64,000 bases of DNA from a virus, in the IMG/VR virus record IMGVR_UViG_3300025704_001538, positions 8,960-72,959 of that record. The stretch is one strand, 5' to 3'. Below are positions 57,271 through 64,000 of the stretch, piece by piece; position 1 is the stretch's first letter; each line of letters begins with the position of its first letter. The translations under genes and the position numbers were made by a program. The notes under the pieces are model-generated. The model saw only the letters and a list, made by a program, of their open reading frames with translations, was not told the DNA's origin and did no database searches.

Positions 57271-60200
57271 TACTCACAATTATTATTTAAGTCGTAGTTT
57301 AGTACTAAATTACTATTAGTTACCTCAAAGTAGTTTAATTGATGTAATGAAAGTATATTGATACAGTCACTACCAAATGTGTGGGTCTGTCCGTAAGGTA
57401 AAGTAATTACTAAATAATTATTATCACAATCATAATAACTAAACGTAATTGGTTGTGCTCCGCTGTCATCATTTTGTACCGTAACACCTGATAGACACTT
57501 TACACATAAGTCGTCATCACAGTCGGTTACCGATACAGCCCCCTCATCTGTAGTCCATGTACCACCACCAGGATATTCTTGAGGTATACCAATATCGGTA
57601 CCCTCACTGACTATAGTATAACAGCTATTAACACCATTACCTAAATACCCAATAGAGGTATAAGGGTTGGAAGAGATAGGTACACTTGAGAAGACGTCTC
57701 CCACTGACGCGGACTGCCAAAAAGCATTAAGTGTGTCAATATTAATTAAAACCGTTTTACTTGTTCCGCAATCTCTCACACCGACATAGCCGGTAGCACA
57801 TTTTCCATCGGAATCGTCGCAACCTAATAGACTAATCCCTCCATATGTGAAATTAGTTACTAACGGTACAGTATCGTCATTATCCACAACCGTGTAACAA
57901 AGTTCAACTGATAAATTATTAGTAAATGAACCAACCCCCGTAGTAACTATTGTACTAAATAGGCAGATATCACCATTCACTACTTCCTGAGTTATCAGAC
58001 CCTGATTGACTCTTATATAATTTGGGAAGTAGTTTATATCACCTGAACCATTTGTCATAGTACATGATTGTAGGGTGATGTTACATGGAGTACACGCTGA
58101 ATAGTTACAGATATCTTCAATGATATCACTTTGTGATACGACTAAACTACCACTACCCTGACCACTGGCGATATTCGTTATTGTATAACACACTCCACCA
58201 TGAATAACTCCGTCACCCAAACAAGCGGTACCCTCAAAAGTAATTGAGCTCTGAGGAAGTGATGGTGCTCCGATACAACATGGCTCAACTTTACAAGTTA
58301 TCCAAGATAAGTCACAAGGTGAAATATCATTACATCCCACACATTCATTACAAGTTTCGTACTCAGTAAACGATGTTACATAATTTTCATTTTCTGTTGT
58401 TTCAGTCCCTAAATACCAACATTTATCATTCCAGTATAAGTAAGTACCCACTTCTAATTCTTCAGGAACCATAACTCCAAAACTCTCACTTGAATCACAA
58501 CAGTTTTGTATTCTCTTCGGTACAAAAGGTGCTAATGCAGTGTAACAATCTAATTCACATTCAGTGTTCGCGGATACTGAACAATCTAATCCGTCGATAC
58601 ATGGGTCCGCACTTGGTGTCGGACTTGGTGTGGGTGTAGGTGTTACTGACGGACATGACTGAACTACTTGACAATCGCCACAACCTGAGAATGTACTGCC
58701 GATAGATGTTGTTGCTCCAGTTGCCGATTCTATAGCGGCAACTCCCCAACATTCTCCTTGATAAGAGATAATATCACCTATTTGTATTGTAGTTAACGCC
58801 TGTAAGTTGGCGAATAGTAATGACGAATCGTCACAACAAGAAATTAGTTTGTAATTATTAAAATTGGCTGAAGATGGTGTAGGTGTCACCGTAGGTGTTG
58901 GTGTCGGTGTAACACTTGGGCATAGACATTGTGAAAAACTACATGATTTAAAATCAGGTCCGTACATAATACCGTCAGAACCATCTCCACCTGCTGAGTA
59001 TGGGGTATAACAGTTACCATATAAAATAACTCCTTGTCCCGAATCCACCCAACCACCTGAAGCAACCGCGTCTCCGTCTACTTGAACATTGATTGTCTGT
59101 GGTGAAGAATCTAAGCAACACGCTCTAAAAATCCAAAATTGATATATTGGACTGTTTTTAGCAACAAAGTCTACTGATTTGGTGTTATCGGTTTTTCCTA
59201 CTAAATCTCCTGTTGATGTTATTCCACTAAATGACGTCTGATAACCACGTATATTATTATAATCAGAACTATTACGAGCAGTTGCAGTTCCTATAGTCTG
59301 TCCCGCGTTAATAGTTACTGCAGAGGCTATAAGAACTGGTGAGTTATTGGTTAGTGATAGTATATTAGTGAAGTCGATTGTAGTGTTTTGACTTACCGAT
59401 GTGGAGGCAGTGAATGAATAATTGGCAATAGTCGACCCAGACTCATAAGAAGTTCCGAATTCAACAGTAATCCCCGTATAACTTGGAGTTGGAGTTACGG
59501 TCGGGGTTATGGATGGAGTTATTGAAATGGTAGGAGTAACCGATGGCGTTGGGATTGTACAATCCCCTACGACTGAAATTGTTCCCGCACTAAGGGTAAC
59601 GAATACTGAGGTGTCACCAGTTTCACTTATATAGGTATTTTGAGGTAATGGTATAGAACCCCCTTGTATTGGGCAGTTATCAAAATAAATCGTGGAACCG
59701 TTAAATAAAGTACTTCCATTATTAGAGTAAACTGTTATAACATCAGAAGATGAACACGTATCATTAAATGAAGTACCCGTGAATACTGAGAATGAATAAC
59801 ATTGTGGTGGTGTACTTGATGGAGTTGGTGTTATTGTTACAGTTGGGGTGATTGAAGGTGTCACAGTAATTGTCGGTGTAATTGAGGATGTTACTGTAAT
59901 TGATGGTGTTATTGTAGGGGTTGGGCTAGAGGACGCGTTTGGTGTGATTGATGGTGTTGTTGTTACTGATGGTGTTGCGGTTATTGATGGTGTTGTAGTT
60001 ACTGATGGTGTTGGTGTTGGAGTCGCTCCTGTAATCTTAGTCTTTCCACTACAAACTAAACTAGTTGTTGACTCACTAACCTTATAATCATAACAATTTA
60101 TAACACCGAAATTCTCATCTAAGTTTACTAAGTACGGGAAATCTGAGTATGTGAGACCAGTTTGAATTGTAGTGAACGTAGGAGAACTGCACTCTTTCAT

Positions 60201-60272
60201 ATCCACAGTGAAGAAGTTAGTTCCTCCCGTTAAATTCGTACTTGTTAATGTAATTTCAGCAAATTGTGCCAT
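57270..60272 (-). CDS. 1000-aa Pro/Thr-linker protein with repeated Cys-rich modules
   Basis: Related N-terminal domain, four TP linkers, Calx-beta-like VTINAGQTIGT, repeated CC...C[YW]...CxxC modules. Confidence 0.7.
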   Translation of the reverse strand: MAQFAEITLTSTNLTGGTNFFTVDMKECSSPTFTTIQTGLTYSDFPYLVNLDENFGVINCYDYKVSESTTSLVCSGKTKITGATPTPTPSVTTTPSITATPSVTTTPSITPNASSSPTPTITPSITVTSSITPTITVTPSITPTVTITPTPSSTPPQCYSFSVFTGTSFNDTCSSSDVITVYSNNGSTLFNGSTIYFDNCPIQGGSIPLPQNTYISETGDTSVFVTLSAGTISVVGDCTIPTPSVTPTISITPSITPTVTPTPSYTGITVEFGTSYESGSTIANYSFTASTSVSQNTTIDFTNILSLTNNSPVLIASAVTINAGQTIGTATARNSSDYNNIRGYQTSFSGITSTGDLVGKTDNTKSVDFVAKNSPIYQFWIFRACCLDSSPQTINVQVDGDAVASGGWVDSGQGVILYGNCYTPYSAGGDGSDGIMYGPDFKSCSFSQCLCPSVTPTPTPTVTPTPSSANFNNYKLISCCDDSSLLFANLQALTTIQIGDIISYQGECWGVAAIESATGATTSIGSTFSGCGDCQVVQSCPSVTPTPTPSPTPSADPCIDGLDCSVSANTECELDCYTALAPFVPKRIQNCCDSSESFGVMVPEELEVGTYLYWNDKCWYLGTETTENENYVTSFTEYETCNECVGCNDISPCDLSWITCKVEPCCIGAPSLPQSSITFEGTACLGDGVIHGGVCYTITNIASGQGSGSLVVSQSDIIEDICNYSACTPCNITLQSCTMTNGSGDINYFPNYIRVNQGLITQEVVNGDICLFSTIVTTGVGSFTNNLSVELCYTVVDNDDTVPLVTNFTYGGISLLGCDDSDGKCATGYVGVRDCGTSKTVLINIDTLNAFWQSASVGDVFSSVPISSNPYTSIGYLGNGVNSCYTIVSEGTDIGIPQEYPGGGTWTTDEGAVSVTDCDDDLCVKCLSGVTVQNDDSGAQPITFSYYDCDNNYLVITLPYGQTHTFGSDCINILSLHQLNYFEVTNSNLVLNYDLNNNCE

Positions 60273-60286
60273 TAGTAAACTTTTAT

Positions 60287-60293
60287 ATAAATA
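60287..60293 (-). promoter_or_regulatory. TATTTAT putative late-promoter motif
   Basis: 14 nt upstream of the ATG at 60272. Confidence 0.6.
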
Positions 60294-60305
60294 CTACTTA
60301 TTTTA

Positions 60306-60347
60306 TTAATTTACCGGTAAATTAACAAAATAATTATTTTGTTAATT
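60306..60347. repeat. Two overlapping perfect palindromes (20 bp and 28 bp)
   Basis: TTAATTTACCGGTAAATTAA (60306-60325) and AATTAACAAAATAATTATTTTGTTAATT (60320-60347). Confidence 0.85.
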
Positions 60348-61598
60348 AACGGTTCCTAACTGATAAGATTTATTTCCATTTATTGTAACCGCGGAAAGTG
60401 ATGAGAAACCCGCCTCGTAATGTACCTGAGGAGTCGTTGTGTCACTATAGTTAATTGATTGACCTGTAAATGGAATTATGTTTAATTCTTCCGCCACACG
60501 GTCAATACGGCAAGCTCTACCAATAGTAAAATACCCATCAGGACTACCTGATGTAGAACCCGCAAAACAAAGACCAATTATTTTTACAACCCCATCTATA
60601 TTCGCTAAAAGAGCGGAACCTGAGTCTCCACTGTTTATTGGGTAATAACACCCGTTACCGTTTGTCGTAGTATTAGCACTGGCAATATATGAAATACATT
60701 CATCATACCTACAAAGTCTTTCAGTCGATGAGGTTAAATTATTATTAACGTATACCGTGTCGTAACTCAAAAATTTAAGTTTAGTTACTCCTTCACCTTT
60801 GGCACCTGTGGTTCTACCAACACTATAAAAGTCGTAATTATTATTTATTAAATCATCTATTTCAGACGTTGTTGCGAATTCGGGTGCTCCCGTAAAAGAA
60901 AAACCATTATATAGATAAGATTGTGATGTGTTAACAGAAGTTGAGTCTAAGGTGAACAACGCTCCATCAACATAGTTAATTCCACCTGAAGAATTACCCT
61001 GTACTGGAACATACCTTTTTGTTACCCCTATTTGTTGAGAAACTGACGAACTTGGTTGCCCAATATCATCCCCATAAACATTCTCAACACCCCTACCTGA
61101 TTCATTAGCCCTAAAAAATATTTCAGTCATAACATGAGCGTTTGTTACTCCGACAATGGAGTTAGTTTCATTGTCAACGGCAACGAACCCCATCGTACCT
61201 ACCCACCCTTTAGTCTGATTCCTAACTTGTAGACCTCCTTTTATAGGTCTTATTTCTGATTGTTGGGATGGAGTTGTGGAGCCTGTAGGGTTTAGTGATG
61301 AGTTATTACTCCATGAGTAAAAACTTGATGGACATGCCTCATAAGCAACAAATCGGTCCTCTCCTTGACATACGTCAGTTTGTAATGTTTCATTACCCAC
61401 TGTGATTGTTTTGGGTACAATCTCACTCGGTAGCAAATCAGCTATTGGTTTTTTTTCTTTAAATCTAAAAATTAACGCTCTCTCATCAGTTAATTCTCCA
61501 TTTACTTCCTTAAAACCAAACCCTATCGAAGTGCAATTATCTGAACTGTTCTTGGCTAAGTCACTTATCTTATCTTTTATTTCCTGAGTATATAACAT
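60342..61598 (-). CDS. Trypsin-like serine protease, NAL1-like (start revised to MLYTQ at 61598)
   Basis: Triad TNAHV / VDGAL / GDSGS; N-terminal IGFGFKEVNGELT...KKP..L.....P...TDV. Confidence 0.8.
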   Translation of the reverse strand: MLYTQEIKDKISDLAKNSSDNCTSIGFGFKEVNGELTDERALIFRFKEKKPIADLLPSEIVPKTITVGNETLQTDVCQGEDRFVAYEACPSSFYSWSNNSSLNPTGSTTPSQQSEIRPIKGGLQVRNQTKGWVGTMGFVAVDNETNSIVGVTNAHVMTEIFFRANESGRGVENVYGDDIGQPSSSVSQQIGVTKRYVPVQGNSSGGINYVDGALFTLDSTSVNTSQSYLYNGFSFTGAPEFATTSEIDDLINNNYDFYSVGRTTGAKGEGVTKLKFLSYDTVYVNNNLTSSTERLCRYDECISYIASANTTTNGNGCYYPINSGDSGSALLANIDGVVKIIGLCFAGSTSGSPDGYFTIGRACRIDRVAEELNIIPFTGQSINYSDTTTPQVHYEAGFSSLSAVTINGNKSYQLGTVN

Positions 61599-61599
61599 T

Positions 61600-61995
61600 T
61601 TACGATAAATTTGGTCTACAACATAAATTAGGGTCTGCAAATGAGTCAATTATGTTAATAATAATTTCATTTTCTATAGGTAAAATTTCAGTACCATTAG
61701 AGTTTGTAATTTTAAATTCACCTAAAAAACTACCGATATCTTTTGTTTCTTTTGATGTGAATTGCGTTTCTAAATAGTAACTTTTTAATGGACTATCACC
61801 TGTAGAATATTTTTCTTTAATAGAAACGCCTTTACCAATAATTCTATATATATCGGTTTCAACGTCCTTCATATTAAAGGTGATTGTAGATGACGAAAAA
61901 CTTTCGTTTGTATTACCGAATGTAGTTCTACTGTCTACTATAACTTCTACAGTTAACTTAGGTAGTGTACTATTTTTCTTTATATAAAAATTCAT
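61600..61995 (-). CDS. BppU-N-like adaptor protein (paralog of 54253..54606)
   Basis: FYIKKNSTLPKL.VE...GSFLGEFKI...LPI. Confidence 0.6.
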   Translation of the reverse strand: MNFYIKKNSTLPKLTVEVIVDSRTTFGNTNESFSSSTITFNMKDVETDIYRIIGKGVSIKEKYSTGDSPLKSYYLETQFTSKETKDIGSFLGEFKITNSNGTEILPIENEIIINIIDSFADPNLCCRPNLS

Positions 61996-61996
61996 A

Positions 61997-62449
61997 TTAC
62001 CATATAGATTCTATTGCAAATCTCTTCCAAGTATTCTCTAAAACACATAAATAAGCAAATGTATTATCGTATCTAATTTCACCTTTTACCCCTGGGTCAT
62101 TTGGTGTTGTTGGTACTGCTGAATCACTCAGATAAGACCTACTTAAATAATCTGACTCACTAATTGTTGTGTCCCCAAGAAATAGACTATTACTACTCAA
62201 ATATAAATGTCTTATTTTATACTCTGCCGACCCTAAATCATATTGAGAGTTTTGTGTTGGAATAATACTTCCCGTTAAATTATGTTGTGTACCATCTGAC
62301 TGTATACTTGTAGAACCCGAAAATATTTTTGTAGATAAATCTGAGTATGTAATTTTTTTAGCGTTTGAACCATCGTGAATAATAAATAAATCACTATTAC
62401 TTGGTACACCTGTGAACCCGCTCAAATTTGGAATTGTTACTTGTGACAT
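61997..62449 (-). CDS. Small tail-fibre-like protein
   Basis: GSIIP..NSQYDLGS....RHLYLS and P..GVKGEIRYD..YLCV..NTWKR motifs typical of phage fibre proteins. Confidence 0.6.
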   Translation of the reverse strand: MSQVTIPNLSGFTGVPSNSDLFIIHDGSNAKKITYSDLSTKIFSGSTSIQSDGTQHNLTGSIIPTQNSQYDLGSAEYKIRHLYLSSNSLFLGDTTISESDYLSRSYLSDSAVPTTPNDPGVKGEIRYDNTFAYLCVLENTWKRFAIESIW

Positions 62450-62457
62450 TTTATTTT

Positions 62458-62464
62458 ATAAATA
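62458..62464 (-). promoter_or_regulatory. TATTTAT putative late-promoter motif
   Basis: 8 nt upstream of the ATG at 62449. Confidence 0.6.
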
Positions 62465-62469
62465 TTAGT

Positions 62470-63999
62470 TTATTGTGTTGGACAACTTGTTTTATATGGG
62501 TGACCTGAAGGTAATGACGACTGTAATCCCCACTTACATGCTAAATAACCTTCAGCCTTTTCTAAATCAGTTAAGTCGGTACCACTAACTCCTGGTATAT
62601 CTGCAACAGCAAAGAACTCGGCCATACGACCATCCAGTTCTACTGATGACCTATTTCTCATTAATCTTAATTGTTGAGATGTCTGTATACTATTGTCATA
62701 ATCATTAACAGGTGTAAATGCGTTATTACCATTAACTCTTACACCTATCTGATTGCCCGATTTGTTAAACCAACAAGAGACAATCACCCATGTATTTTGA
62801 GAAATACTCTGAAAGTTCCAAGTTTGTAGATTTCCGATTGTAGAACTAATTCGGTTAGAAGATAAACCATCTAAATCTAATTCACCTGGCCATGTATTAT
62901 TAGATGCACCCGCACTTATTGCATAATCTCTTTTATTTGGTGTCTCGTCTGCTTCATAACTCCAAAAAGAATTTTTAGTGTTATTTGTTGTATGGTATTG
63001 GAATACTCCAATAGACCAGTGATTGCCTGACGATACTTGTGTTTCCAAAGATGAACTTTGTATAAACTCATTATTACCATCAAAATCAAATACTCTTAAA
63101 CTATTTAACCCATTTGTGACTATTGTTGGTGTACCATTAACATTTAAAGTACTATACGTTCCTGTTTTATCATTTACTGAGGATAATGTACCGGTAGACG
63201 GGCTGTATGAAGTGGTGTCTGAAGCGTCAACCCATGACACTACATTTACATCTGTAGGTGACCAATCTACGGGTGGGGATGTTGATGGAGTAATTGTAGG
63301 TGTTACTGTAGGTGTTACTGTAGGTGTTACTGTAGGCGTGACTGATTGGGTTGGTGTTGGTGTTGGTGTTACACAATCATCGGCGACATATCCTGAACTA
63401 CCCCCTCCATTATTTTGGAAAATATTTCTTAGTGTTGTAAAACTAGGTTTAGTCAGTACTGGTGCAAAATAATTATTAAACAATGTATATCCTGAAATGT
63501 TATTAGTTTGAATTCCTGATGGTGTTCTCATATTATCATTCCATTCTGGAGATAATGACCCACCATCCCAAAACTCGGACATTTCCCACATACCGAAGTT
63601 TAATAAGTACATATACTCTTTATACGCCACTTGAGCTTGACCTGTATCCCCACTCCAATTAGGTGCGTAGTCAGTTGGGTCATACATACCATTCTCGATA
63701 GCTTGTTTCATGGATAAGTGTAAGTCTGTTGTTTGCCAATTTGGATTTTCTTCTGCCATCCAATTTACTGCGGTCGATGAGCCGGGAACCGCACCCATTA
63801 TTCCGAATAGATGTACGGTATGGAAAATATGTTCAAATACCTCAGTTATTACAGTATCGCCACTTGTGGAACCACTTTGGTACCATACCATGTCATTAAC
63901 TGCATGAGTATCTAAGAATTCTTGATATCCTGTGTATCCTGATATACCCTCATCTGTTAACCAATTAGGGTCATAGTCATCCCCACTACCGTACCCGAC
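62470..63999 (-). CDS. Multidomain protein (5' end beyond window): zincin-like domain, TP linker, LamG/ConA-like domain
   Basis: Frame open to the window edge (...VGYGSGDDYDPNWLTDEG...); EVFEHIFHTVH...KEY; C-terminal WVDASD...FDG...GRMAE...EGYLACKWGL. Confidence 0.65.
   Translation of the reverse strand, partial: VGYGSGDDYDPNWLTDEGISGYTGYQEFLDTHAVNDMVWYQSGSTSGDTVITEVFEHIFHTVHLFGIMGAVPGSSTAVNWMAEENPNWQTTDLHLSMKQAIENGMYDPTDYAPNWSGDTGQAQVAYKEYMYLLNFGMWEMSEFWDGGSLSPEWNDNMRTPSGIQTNNISGYTLFNNYFAPVLTKPSFTTLRNIFQNNGGGSSGYVADDCVTPTPTPTQSVTPTVTPTVTPTVTPTITPSTSPPVDWSPTDVNVVSWVDASDTTSYSPSTGTLSSVNDKTGTYSTLNVNGTPTIVTNGLNSLRVFDFDGNNEFIQSSSLETQVSSGNHWSIGVFQYHTTNNTKNSFWSYEADETPNKRDYAISAGASNNTWPGELDLDGLSSNRISSTIGNLQTWNFQSISQNTWVIVSCWFNKSGNQIGVRVNGNNAFTPVNDYDNSIQTSQQLRLMRNRSSVELDGRMAEFFAVADIPGVSGTDLTDLEKAEGYLACKWGLQSSLPSGHPYKTSCPTQ
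63295..63342. repeat. 12-bp tandem repeat encoding (VTPT)n
   Basis: tgtaggtgttac x3 plus tgtaggcgtgac. Confidence 0.85.
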
Positions 64000-64000
64000 T

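Noticed and set aside
1-64000. Stop-codon reassignment as seen in some large phages
   Set aside because: The standard code already gives full-length conserved genes at high coding density.

Overview
This 64-kb, AT-rich, densely coding window comes from a large myovirus-like (contractile-tail) dsDNA phage distantly related to T4-like phages. The standard genetic code gives long ORFs. I saw no tRNA, CRISPR array or mobile element. Most genes are on the minus strand. From left to right: baseplate genes (1-15.3 kb); a nucleotide and replication block with a class Id-like RNR whose ATP-cone sits on NrdB, plus DnaB-like helicase, 5'-3' exonuclease, RecA/UvsX and gp32-like SSB (15.4-23.3 kb); giant hub proteins, tape measure, tail chaperones, tube, sheath, tail terminator and head-closure genes (23.6-46.6 kb); a plus-strand island with a SNF2 helicase, a MnSOD fusion and a neck protein; family B DNA polymerase; and a cluster of Pro/Thr-linker, Cys-rich putative virion appendages with a NAL1-like serine protease (54.2-64 kb). 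The RNR subtype and mostly SD-less, A-rich leaders suggest a Bacteroidota (Flavobacteriia) host (inference). Most notable observations: (1) an intact MnSOD fused to a PD-(D/E)xK-like domain, with possible prohead-protease sites; (2) a [S/T]-G-x-T motif enriched in virion proteins, a candidate modification sequon; (3) a probable +1 frameshift at UUU_UUU_CGG in the tail chaperone pair; (4) a TATTTAT motif before 15 genes, matching the reverse complement of the T4 late-promoter core; (5) unannotated small ORFs, including a ribbon-helix-helix protein divergent from the sheath gene. All product calls rest on motifs read by eye, not database searches.
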